Shown: positions 8,385 through 17,700 of the stretch, piece after piece
Position numbering within the stretch: position 1 is the first letter of the stretch
Layout: the number at the start of each line of letters is the position of its first letter
NCBI GenBank assembly: GCA_003697105.1
Contig: RFFQ01000113.1
Location: 45,378-65,377, forward strand
Reading direction: 5' to 3'
Source of the DNA: Gemmatimonadota bacterium
GTDB taxonomy: Bacteria > 4572-55 > J002
Length of the DNA: 20,000 nt
The notes under the pieces: generated by a model
The model's input: only the letters and a program-made list of their open reading frames with translations
Told to the model about the DNA's origin: nothing
Databases searched by the model: none
Program-made: the position numbers and the translations under genes

Positions 8385-8528
8385 CTAATCCACGTTGAAT
8401 TGTTCGCGCCACTTATCCAATACCATCGTGAGCAGTAATGCCGCCGAAATACCGGTAGAGGCGTAATAATATTCGCCTAGAAAAAAGAACATAGCATAAA
8501 GTACCAGCAGGTAAAACGGGATTTTCAT
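8385..8528 (-). CDS. Putative 47-aa small membrane protein (not in the ORF track)
   Basis: Manual translation MKIPFYLLVLYAMFFFLGEYYYASTGISAALLLTMVLDKWREQFNVD*; two hydrophobic segments; stop lies 1 nt before the trmL ATG; SD weak. Confidence 0.55.
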   Translation of the reverse strand: MKIPFYLLVLYAMFFFLGEYYYASTGISAALLLTMVLDKWREQFNVD

Positions 8529-8595
8529 TTGATTATCGTCCGTTTTCGATACACATCTTGTCCTTAATACAAAAAGAGTTGAATCCCAATCCGGG

Positions 8596-10101
8596 TTACA
8601 GTTCGTACAGCTCGCCGTATTTTGTTTTGAGATAGGTCATATACGGTTCGATGGTCATCGATTTACCGGTGACCCGTTCGATGAGTTCTGGAGCGGTGTA
8701 CTTGCTACCGTGTTGGTAGATATTTTCCTTTAACCAACCGTGGAGTATCTCAAACTGTCCCTTTTCGATCTCGGATGGAATCCCCGGATGGGCGTTGAGG
8801 GCGGCTTCAAAGAACTGTCCGCTAAGGATATTCCCCAGCGTATAGCCCGGAAATGAGCCACCGATCATCCCGTGGAACCAGTGTACATCTTGCATACAGC
8901 CATCTTTATCATGGGGTGGGGTGATGCCCAAATCGCTGGTGTAGCGGGCATTCCACGCTTCCGGTAAATCTTTTACAGCCAGTTTGTTTTCGAGCATTTC
9001 ATTGGCTAAGTCAAAGCGGATCATGACGTGTAAGTTATAGGTGACTTCGTCGGCATCAACCCGGATTAACGAGGGTTCAACTTTGTTGATTGCCCGATAA
9101 AATTGACCGGTGTCCACATCGTGGAGTTGCTCGGGGAAAACCGCCTTCAGTTTTGGGAAAAAGTGTGTCCAAAACTCCCGACTACGTCCAACCACATTTT
9201 CCCACAGGCGAGATTGGCTTTCGTGCACGCCTGCTGAGGTTCCGCGATCCAAAGGTGTACCCTCATAGGCGGGGTTAATGCCCTGCTCGTACATGCCGTG
9301 TCCGGCTTCATGCAGGGTGCTGAATAGGGCGTCGCTAACGTCATCTTCCCGAAAGCGGGTTGTTATGCGCACATCCCCGATGGAAAATTTGGTGCAAAAG
9401 GGGTGGTGGGTGCGATCCTGTCGCCCCCGGTTCAAATCGTAACCGTATTTTTCAATGACCATGAGTCCAAACCGTTCTTGATCCGCTTCGGGGTAGTGGC
9501 GGTGGAGGAAGTCCGTGCGGGGCGGGGGCTGTTGGCGGATGGCTTCCACCAGCGGCACCAGATGGCGACGCAATTCCGCGAACAGCGGTTGGATGGTGGC
9601 AACGGTCATGCCGTAATTCCACCGGCTAATACGGGCATCTGCCGGATGGTCCAGCTCTGGATAGAATGCGGAATGCTCGCGACTAAAATCCAATGTTTTT
9701 TCCAAATAGGGGCGGATTTTCTCAAAGTCATTTGCTGGGCGGGCTTGTGTCCATATTTGGTAGGATGTGCCGATGTGTTCGTAAAAGCGTCCCATGAAGT
9801 CCGCGGGAACTTTTGTTGCCCATTCAAAATTGCGCCGTCCTACGCGGATGACACTCGCCTCGTCGGAGTCATAGGGGAGACTTTCTTCATACGGTTTCAG
9901 GTCATCCAGCAGTTTGCCGAGTTCATCCGCCGTTGCTTTTTCGTGAAAAATGCGTCCCAACGTGGCCGTTTGGCGGCTACGGGCGGCGGTGCCACCGGGG
10001 GGCATGTAGGTGGATTGGTCCCAATGTAAAACGGACAGTACCCGGCTGATGTCTGTCATTTCCTGATAGTAGCGGAGCAACTGTTGATATAATTCGTGCA
10101 T
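8596..10101 (-). CDS. Peptidase family M32 metallocarboxypeptidase (carboxypeptidase Taq-like)
   Basis: LHWDQSTYMP, HPFC, RITTR, HEAGH (HEXXH), HESQSRLWEN, IRVDADE, GCMQDVHW; start reassigned to ATG 10101 behind AGGAG. Confidence 0.95.
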   Translation of the reverse strand: MHELYQQLLRYYQEMTDISRVLSVLHWDQSTYMPPGGTAARSRQTATLGRIFHEKATADELGKLLDDLKPYEESLPYDSDEASVIRVGRRNFEWATKVPADFMGRFYEHIGTSYQIWTQARPANDFEKIRPYLEKTLDFSREHSAFYPELDHPADARISRWNYGMTVATIQPLFAELRRHLVPLVEAIRQQPPPRTDFLHRHYPEADQERFGLMVIEKYGYDLNRGRQDRTHHPFCTKFSIGDVRITTRFREDDVSDALFSTLHEAGHGMYEQGINPAYEGTPLDRGTSAGVHESQSRLWENVVGRSREFWTHFFPKLKAVFPEQLHDVDTGQFYRAINKVEPSLIRVDADEVTYNLHVMIRFDLANEMLENKLAVKDLPEAWNARYTSDLGITPPHDKDGCMQDVHWFHGMIGGSFPGYTLGNILSGQFFEAALNAHPGIPSEIEKGQFEILHGWLKENIYQHGSKYTAPELIERVTGKSMTIEPYMTYLKTKYGELYEL

Positions 10102-10129
10102 ATGTTCTCCTAATGTTGAGGTTAGGTGT

Positions 10130-10960
10130 TTATAGCTGGTGATGTTTGCTTTGCCGGGGGATGGGCAAATATTCCACACCGCCACTCTGCCGTCGCATCG
10201 GTTGGGGATAGAGCGTCATCAGGTGGAGGATATCCGCGGGCATATCGGTATTGACCGGAAGCCCAAGCGAGCGGGCTTCTTCCGCCGAGATGGGGTAATC
10301 ATGTGTCCATGTACCACTGGCTAATCGGGTGGCGAGTTCTTTCGCGGTGGTTTCGTCCATTGTTCGTCGTAAGAGGTCGGTTGTTGCCGCTTCGAGTTGC
10401 TGGATTGCTTTGCGCCCGATGTCCGCCATCATGAGGGTTTCATCTTCGACCTCGGCAACCGGTTTCTGGTCAACTACTTTCAGGAAGGAGGCGGCGGGAT
10501 ATTGACCCAGTTGGGGATCAATGGGTCCCAAAACAGAATGTTTACACATGACGATTTCATCCGCGGCTAAGGCAATCAGCGTGCCCCCCGACATGGCATA
10601 ATGAGGGACAAAGACCGTCACTTTACCCTTGTGAGTTTGAATAGCACGGGCAATTTGCAATGAAGCCAATACCAATCCCCCCGGGGTATGCAGTACGATG
10701 TCTAGCGGAACGTCATCATCGGTCATGTGGATCGCACGCAAGACTTCCTCCGAGTCATTGATGTCGATGAAGCGCATCAACGGAAAGCCGAGTAAACTCA
10801 TGGTTTCCTGCCGGTGAACGAGGAGAATAACCCGCGAGCCGCGCATCTTTTCAATTTGGGCAATCTTTCGCGTTCGCATCGCATCCAGATATCGCCGTTG
10901 TAAGGTGGGTTGTAGCGCTGAAATGATAAAGAAAAGCCACAGAACATCTATCACACCCAT
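10130..10960 (-). CDS. Membrane-anchored SDH-family (ClpP/crotonase-class, DUF114-type) serine protease
   Basis: N-terminal hydrophobic helix; LHTPGG, YAMSGGTLIALAADEIVM, LGPIDPQ, WTHDYPI; GGAGG SD; overlaps the rhomboid stop by 10 nt. Confidence 0.88.
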   Translation of the reverse strand: MGVIDVLWLFFIISALQPTLQRRYLDAMRTRKIAQIEKMRGSRVILLVHRQETMSLLGFPLMRFIDINDSEEVLRAIHMTDDDVPLDIVLHTPGGLVLASLQIARAIQTHKGKVTVFVPHYAMSGGTLIALAADEIVMCKHSVLGPIDPQLGQYPAASFLKVVDQKPVAEVEDETLMMADIGRKAIQQLEAATTDLLRRTMDETTAKELATRLASGTWTHDYPISAEEARSLGLPVNTDMPADILHLMTLYPQPMRRQSGGVEYLPIPRQSKHHQL

Positions 10961-11715
10961 GGTGATCCTCCTGATGAGCGATAACCGTTTGGAAAAAAAC
11001 CATAACGCCCTTCGTCGGCATAAAACCGGCGGTAGGTGCGTTCGGATCGTTTAATTAGCGGGGTTAATATCCAGCCGGCGAGAAATCCGCCGATATGTGC
11101 CCACCACGCAATGCCACCGGTGGTTGGAGGCAATAGTAGCGAAAACACGCCGGGGATGATCTGGGTCATAAACCAGAAGAAGGCAAAAAAGATGGCGTAC
11201 ACTTCCACAAAAACCGGAAAAATAAATACCGGAATGACCATCACCAGCCGTGCCAGCGGGAACAGACGCACATAACAGCCGATGACTCCCGCAATTGCGC
11301 CGGAGGCACCTAACGCCGGAACAACCGAATGCGCATTTAACACGGCATGAGCCAGAGATGCCGCTATCCCACATAACAGATAAAAGCAGAGAAAACGCAT
11401 GGACCCAAGTCGATCTTCCACCGCGGGTGCAAAAATCCAAAGTGTCCACATGTTCAAAATCAGATGTATCCAGCTGCCATGCAAGAACATGTTGGAGAAA
11501 AACGGGAGATAGTCGAATAGGGTGTGGGGCGGTGCGACTCCCGCGAGATGCCCAAAGTAGCGCGCCGGAATCAGGGCAAATACGGCAAGAAACCGCTCCA
11601 GCACCGGTGGTGAAAGGGATGCCTGAAACATAAAAATCATCCCGTTTAGGAATATTAGCATCCACGTAATCAGGGGTGGGTAACGGGTGGCTACACCATC
11701 TTGAATCGGAAACAT
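10951..11715 (-). CDS. Rhomboid family intramembrane serine protease
   Basis: MFLHGSWIHLILNM, VEDRLG, GASGAIAG (catalytic Ser), WWAHIGGF (catalytic His); several TM segments. Confidence 0.94.
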   Translation of the reverse strand: MFPIQDGVATRYPPLITWMLIFLNGMIFMFQASLSPPVLERFLAVFALIPARYFGHLAGVAPPHTLFDYLPFFSNMFLHGSWIHLILNMWTLWIFAPAVEDRLGSMRFLCFYLLCGIAASLAHAVLNAHSVVPALGASGAIAGVIGCYVRLFPLARLVMVIPVFIFPVFVEVYAIFFAFFWFMTQIIPGVFSLLLPPTTGGIAWWAHIGGFLAGWILTPLIKRSERTYRRFYADEGRYGFFPNGYRSSGGSPWV

Positions 11716-11790
11716 GCGAGTCTGAATCCATCTTTAGTTATCGTTTTTTGTGAGAGTGTCCTCCGGTTGGGGCGCTTTTTCCCTGTGAAG

Positions 11791-11819
11791 GTTATACGAT
11801 CTCTGGATTCGATTGTCAA
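11791..11819 (-). promoter_or_regulatory. Near-consensus sigma70 promoter for the rhomboid / SDH protease / M32 run
   Basis: Minus strand TTGACA-N17-TATAAC about 75 nt upstream of the rhomboid ATG. Confidence 0.75.
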
Positions 11820-11950
11820 TGATAAAACCCCATCCATTTTCCATGATTGGGCTATTGTGGATGCCTTGAAAAGGTTGTATATTGGGCGTCCACTCTAGCG
11901 AATCCATTTTGCGATCTCTATCACAACATTTTTATGGCAAACTCGGGCTT

Positions 11951-13750
11951 ATGATTTCTCCCTATTTTCAATATAAAGATTTTATGCAACAGCATTATGG
12001 TACTCAACTTCACCGGATTCCACTGGATATGGGTGATAGTTGTCCCAATCGCCTGCCGGATGGCTCCGGGGGGTGTACGTTTTGTAATCTGCGGGGCAGT
12101 AGAGCGATTCAAACCCTCGGTTATGAAACGGTTTATGAGCAAGTTGATGCCGCTATCCGCTTTGCCCAGAGACGCTACCGGGCGACCCAATTTATCGCTT
12201 ATATTCAGGCGTTTTCGGCGACTTTTGGGGCGAAGCGGCAACAGCAATATCTGGATTTGCTTTCCCGCTTCCCTTTTAGAGCGGTAGTCTTTGGCACCCG
12301 GCCGGATTATTTAACCCGATCCGCTTATGCTTTTTTGCAACAGCTTAATGAGTCGCTTGAAGTGTGGGTGGAGCTTGGTGTGCAGACCGTCCATGATCGC
12401 ACTCTCCGGCGGATTAATCGGGGCCATGATTGGAGCGCCAGTGAACGGGCTATCCAGAAGCTACATGACACCGGTCTTCGGGTTGCCGTCCACGTGATTT
12501 TGGGGTTGCCCGGCGAAACTCCCGAAGACTTCCAATATACTGCCAATACCCTGGCGTCACTGCCGATTTCTGGGGTGAAAATCCACAATCTGCATATCGA
12601 AAAAGGTACGACTCTCGCTAAAGAACATGCGCTTACGCCGGTGCCTACCTTGATGGAATATGAATACGCCGAACATCTCATGGATTTTATCCGGCGGATG
12701 CCGCCAGACATCCCCATTATGCGTATCCATACGGACACGTTGCCGGAAGAACTCATTGCGCCCAAATGGCATATGGATACCCAACAGTTTAAGGCGTATG
12801 TAATTCGTCAAATGGTGTATCGTCAGTGGCGGCAAGGTGATTTATACCGCCATGGCTCGCCCTCTATGCCCATTGATCCTGAACCACCCGCGCCGGTCGC
12901 TACGGCGGATGGCTCCATTACCTTCTGGAGTGCCGATTATAAAGAACATTACCACGCAGCCGTCGGTGCGCGAACCGAAGCGTTGGAGAAGTTTATCCGG
13001 CCTTCTAACTTAATCGACCGATTAAAAAAAGGGGATGTCCGGTTGCTGGATGTTTGCTTCGGGTTAGGGTATAACAGTTTAATGGCGCTGGATGTGGCTC
13101 TTGCCACCAATGGTAAAGAACCGCTCCATGCGTTGGAGATTGTGGCGTTAGAAATGGATAAACGGGTGGTGCAAGCGGCGAGTCAGGCGCTTATCCCCTT
13201 AGAGACGGATTCATTTTGTTGGCAAACGGCTTTGCACGACCTTGTAACCCACGGTCACTGCACCGTAAGCCCGTCGGCTTCCATTGATATACGCTGGGGC
13301 GATGCACGTTTTACCGCTTCTCAACTTCAACCCCATAGCATTGATATTATCTATCTGGATGCGTTTTCGACACAGCGGAACAGTGAACTCTGGACGGTTG
13401 ATTTTTTCCGACAGTTACGAAATCTGATGAAAGCGGATGGCGTTCTGATTACGTATTGCGCGGCGATTCCGGTGCGAAGCGGTCTTCTTGCCGCGGGTTT
13501 TCAGGTGGGAGAAACACCGCCGGTGGGGCGAGACCGGGGCGGAACTATCGCCGCCATCCAAGCGAACCATATTCCGCGACCTCTTCCGGCGAATGATCGT
13601 CATCTCATCGAGCACACGACCCGCGGGATTCCCTACCGCGACCCGTATGGCGTCTGGACAAATACGGAAATCTTAAGGCACCGGGAAGCGGAGATTTTAA
13701 AGTATAAGCAGGCTCGTGCATCGAACAGAATCGGGGCGGAGGTTTCATGA
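11951..13750 (+). CDS. Fusion of a TIGR01212 (YhcC/YtqA-MnmL type) radical SAM domain and an MnmD/MnmC2-type tRNA mnm5(s2)U34 methyltransferase domain
   Basis: N-half CPNRLPDGSGGCTFC, GTRPD, VWVELGVQTVHDRTLRRINRGH, HVILGLPGE, GVKIHNLHI; Pro-rich linker; C-half TADGS-x-T...EHYH...GA, LDVCFGLGYN, LDAFS...ELWT, TYCAA. Start set at ATG 11951 from typical family length. Confidence 0.88.
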   Translation: MISPYFQYKDFMQQHYGTQLHRIPLDMGDSCPNRLPDGSGGCTFCNLRGSRAIQTLGYETVYEQVDAAIRFAQRRYRATQFIAYIQAFSATFGAKRQQQYLDLLSRFPFRAVVFGTRPDYLTRSAYAFLQQLNESLEVWVELGVQTVHDRTLRRINRGHDWSASERAIQKLHDTGLRVAVHVILGLPGETPEDFQYTANTLASLPISGVKIHNLHIEKGTTLAKEHALTPVPTLMEYEYAEHLMDFIRRMPPDIPIMRIHTDTLPEELIAPKWHMDTQQFKAYVIRQMVYRQWRQGDLYRHGSPSMPIDPEPPAPVATADGSITFWSADYKEHYHAAVGARTEALEKFIRPSNLIDRLKKGDVRLLDVCFGLGYNSLMALDVALATNGKEPLHALEIVALEMDKRVVQAASQALIPLETDSFCWQTALHDLVTHGHCTVSPSASIDIRWGDARFTASQLQPHSIDIIYLDAFSTQRNSELWTVDFFRQLRNLMKADGVLITYCAAIPVRSGLLAAGFQVGETPPVGRDRGGTIAAIQANHIPRPLPANDRHLIEHTTRGIPYRDPYGVWTNTEILRHREAEILKYKQARASNRIGAEVS

Positions 13751-14712
13751 CAACGGCGACCTCATTTTGGATTGTGGCCCCCCAAACCGGCCAATTTCGC
13801 TCAGAATCGTTGCCCCCTTTAGCCCCAAATGAGGTGGGTGTACGCACCCTATATAGCGGGATTAGTCGCGGTACCGAACGGTTGGTTTTTAAGGGCGATG
13901 TACCGGTTTCCCAATATCCGGTTATGCGGGCACCATTTATGGCAGGAGAATTTCCTTTTCCGGTTAAGTACGGCTATTGTAACGTGGGAGTGGTAGTGGA
14001 AGGTGTCCCAGCATGGCAGGGAGCACGGGTATTTAGCTTGTTTCCACATCAGGATTATTTTCATCTTCGCACAGATGATCTGCTGCGTATCCCGGAGACG
14101 GTACCCTCCGAGCGAGCCGTTTTGGCGGCAAATATGGAGACTGCACTAAACAGCATTTGGGATAGCGACCTGCGGATTGGCGACCGGGTTGCCGTCATCG
14201 GTGCCGGGGTGGTGGGGTGCTTAATTGCCTATCTTGCCGCCCAAATTCCAGCGGTCAATGTGACCCTGATCGATACATATCCGCCACGGCAGACCATTGC
14301 CGATCACTTGAACATCCCATTTCAAACACCGGATCAGGTGCAGAGCGAGTTTGACCGAATTTTTCACGCCAGCGGCCATCCGGCAGGGTTACAAACGGCG
14401 TTACAGTGGGCGGCACCAGAAGCGCAAATTATCGAAGCGAGTTGGTTTGGAGATACAGAAGTGTGTTTACCCCTTGGGGAGGCATTTCACTCCCGGCGGT
14501 TGCAGGTTATTGGTTCGCAAGTGGGATCGGTTGCCATCTCTCGCCGGACACGATATACTTCCCGGCAACGCTTGGCATTAGCACTCTCACTTCTCGCGGA
14601 TGACCGGCTGGACGCGTTGTTCACGGATCGTATTGCCTTTGCGGATTTACCGGAGCAGTATCCCCGCTTGTTGAATGCCGCGTCCGTACTGGGCATCATT
14701 GTGAAATATTAG
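13747..14712 (+). CDS. MDR-superfamily (alcohol dehydrogenase-like) oxidoreductase
   Basis: GroES-like N-domain YSGISRGTE...FPVKYGYCNVG; Rossmann VAVIGAGVVG; ATGA overlap with the upstream gene. Confidence 0.85.
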   Translation: MTTATSFWIVAPQTGQFRSESLPPLAPNEVGVRTLYSGISRGTERLVFKGDVPVSQYPVMRAPFMAGEFPFPVKYGYCNVGVVVEGVPAWQGARVFSLFPHQDYFHLRTDDLLRIPETVPSERAVLAANMETALNSIWDSDLRIGDRVAVIGAGVVGCLIAYLAAQIPAVNVTLIDTYPPRQTIADHLNIPFQTPDQVQSEFDRIFHASGHPAGLQTALQWAAPEAQIIEASWFGDTEVCLPLGEAFHSRRLQVIGSQVGSVAISRRTRYTSRQRLALALSLLADDRLDALFTDRIAFADLPEQYPRLLNAASVLGIIVKY

Positions 14713-14718
14713 GGATAT

Positions 14719-14766
14719 GAGTTGGGGAGTTTAGGAGTTTGGGAGTTTAGAAGTTAGGGAGTTAAA
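14719..14766 (+). repeat. Degenerate 8-bp tandem repeat, six units, consensus GAGTTTRG
   Basis: GAGTTGGG GAGTTTAG GAGTTTGG GAGTTTAG AAGTTAGG GAGTTAAA fills the intergenic gap up to the ATG. Confidence 0.85.
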
Positions 14767-17700
14767 TGGATATATCAAAGCAGATCGAACAGTGGCAACA
14801 CCAGCCGGGGATAGAAACGGCAGTTGGCTTATTGGAAGCAATGGAAACAACGCCGGTGCAAGTTGAACTTGCTCCCAGTTGCCTTCGGCTTACCGGTAAA
14901 AGTGATTTTTTACGAAACCTGCCGCAATATGAGTTACGGTTGCGTTGGGCACAAACGGCTTTACGCTGGATTCGAGAAACTCCGTTTAAATTGGTCGATT
15001 TATTCACAATGCGGGTAAAAGAATACCCAAACCGGGTATTGTTTCAGGAGATGCGCGGTACGATGCCGCACTACTGGACGTATCGCCAAGTTGATCGGAT
15101 GGTGAAGGAGATTGCCACAGCGTTCTATACGGTTGTACCGGCGTCTCCGCGGGTCGCGATTTTTGCGGAAAACTGTCTTGGTGGGGCATGTGCAGACCTC
15201 GCCTGCCTGTTTTATGATATTTTAGATACACCGCTCAATATTCATTTTGATGATGAGACCTTGCTCGATATTTTGGATCGGTTGCAGATTAACATTGTGG
15301 TGACCGATACAGAGAGCCGTTGCCGCCGCTTGGAGAATCTCCGGCGAAAGACTGCCCGTCCTTTTGTAGTATTCGTTGTTCAACGGCAGATCAAGCTTCA
15401 TGAAAATGATACCTATTTTTTGGACGAATATTGTAAGCATTTAAGCCAGGAGCAGATCGACACCCAGCTGGCAAACCGTCCCCGCCGGGATTTGCGCGAT
15501 GTTGCGACCGTGATGTTCACTTCGGGAAGTACCGGTAAACCCAAAGGGATTGCCTTTTCGGAGTACCACTTGGTCAGCAAACGTTTTTGTCGTGCCGCGG
15601 CTTTGCCCAAAGTGGGGGATAACGAGGTGTTACTCTGCTATTTACCGCTTTTCCATACGTTTGGGCGATATTTGGAAATGCTGGGCACGATCTATTGGGG
15701 GGGTACGTATGTTTTTACCACGAATACTTCTGCTGAGAATCTGCTCTCCTTGTTCCCGCAGGTCAACCCAACCGGGTTTATCAGTGTGCCGATCCGGTGG
15801 GTCCAGTTATACGAAAAATGTTTGAAAAAGATAAAACATGAAACCGATTTGCAGGCGGTACAACTAGCCGTTCGTTCCGTGATCGGACACCGGTTGCGGT
15901 GGGGGCTTTCCGCCGCGGGGTATCTTGACCCCAAAATCTTCCGTTTTTTCCAGCGGAATGGCGTGGATTTATGTAGCGGGTTTGGTATGACGGAAGCCAC
16001 CGGCGGCATTACCATGACACCGCCCGGTAATTATGTGGAAAATGCCGTGGGGATTGCCTTACCGGGTATCGATATCCGGTTAACGGATAACGGCGAAATG
16101 CAGATCAGTGGGCATTACATCGCCCGGTATTTAGATGATTTGCCGAGTGCCAGTGCCGCGATCCCCTATCCAGAGGAGGAGGTGTACTGGCTCTCGACCG
16201 GTGATCTGTTTCAAGTGACCCCCGAAGGTTTTTACCAGATTATTGACCGCACAAAAGATATTTACAAAAATAACAAAGGGCAAACGGTCGCTCCGGTCAA
16301 AATGGAGAAAAAATTTACCGGAGTCCCGGGAATTAAACGGACCTTTTTAGTCGGGGATGGCAAACCGTACAATGTCCTCTTCATTGTACCGGACGAAACA
16401 AGCGACTTCATGCAGAAATTTCGCACGGAAGAGAGCCGCCGAGAGTATTTTCAACAATTGATTACCACCGCGAATCAAAAATTGGCGCCGTATGAACGGG
16501 TAATCAATTTTGCCATTTTAGACCGGGATTTTGATCTCAAACGGGGGGAACTGACCCCCAAAGGTTCGTTCAATCGCAAAATCATCGTGGCGCATTTTAG
16601 CCACTTAATCGATGAACTTTATCAGCGTGAATATGTAGAATTGGCGTGCGATGAGGTCTGTGTGCGGATTCCACGCTGGTTTTTCCGGGATCAAGGTATG
16701 TTAGAAGGGAGTATCTCCATCTCTCGCATGGGGTTGCACAATTTGACGACCGGTAAAATGTTACCTTTAAAACGGGTGGCGGAGTCGGGTACAACTCTTA
16801 TTGGGGATTTAGAATATACGGTCACGAATGGCGTCATTGACTTAGGGCTATTTTCCCGCCAACCCCGCCTCTGGGTCGGAAATCCGGCACTGATCGCATT
16901 TTGCATCTGTAAAGAGGGCTGGGATGTACCGCTGGATGGGGTTTCGGCGCACCTTTTTCGTCCGTGGGAGATTGCCCGGCAATATGACCCAACGGAGTTA
17001 CCAGTACCGCAAAAAGTGCGGGATGCCGAGTTGCTTCGCATCAATCGGCTGGTCTGTACGGCAATTTTGGGTCCTACGGAACTGGCGTATTCAGCGTTGG
17101 AAGAACTTAGTACGGCGTTAACAGAGGTTGATAGCCGTTTAGGTGATGTCATCCGCCGCCGGTTGGAAACCTTAGCCCGCCACCCAGACGAAGATATCCG
17201 CTGTTTCGCGTATCAAATTTTGTTACTCGATGAGCCGGTCTCCAATTACAACCTAGCTTTTCCGGCATTTATGCAATCTGGCTTATCTTTTCTCAATAAA
17301 AAATCGATAGAAAATATTGCCTTTGGTAAGATGGAAAAAAAGCGGCTGGAAGCGCTTCGCCAGCGGCTGTTTAGTTACCGGATGCAACTAAATTGGCCCC
17401 TCAATGAGAGCATGCGCCAACAGTTTGAGCGCATCTTCCAACTGCTGGTCAGTTTTGTGGACCAACATCCGGAATTTTACCATCCCTTGCGGGCAGAACT
17501 GGCAAGTTGGGTTCTCCACCGCAACGACCGGGCTTTGGCTGAGATTGCAGAACGGTATTTTAATGAATTGTATCAGGTTTATCAGAGCAAGTTTGAGGGC
17601 GACCTCGATACTTACCAGCAGGCAGATTGGGACGAAAAAATTGTATTTGATGATGGTTTGGTGGCGGATGAAATTCAGCGCATAAAAGCCGTTTTCCGGG

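Noticed and set aside
8533-8556. 7-codon mini-ORF MCIENGR behind an AAGGA on the minus strand
   Set aside because: Too short to support, SD spacing is only 4 nt and no attenuator structure is evident
9403-10029. 208-aa antisense ORF (and the other short antisense or alternate-frame ORFs in the track)
   Set aside because: They lie within well-supported genes and have no motifs; expected shadow ORFs
10102-10185. N-terminal extension of the M32 peptidase given in the ORF track
   Set aside because: It overlaps the SDH protease gene; ATG 10101 has an AGGAG SD and gives a typical length of about 500 aa
11051-11731. 226-aa alternative-frame ORF over the rhomboid gene
   Set aside because: Same-strand shadow of a clear rhomboid gene with no recognisable motifs
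11882-11950. TTG-start extension of the radical SAM fusion
   Set aside because: Family-like sequence starts near ATG 11951 and the extension falls in the divergent promoter region
14719-14766. CRISPR array or telomere-like repeat
   Set aside because: Units are 8 bp with no spacers and no cas genes; resemblance to TTAGGG is limited to one copy within the array
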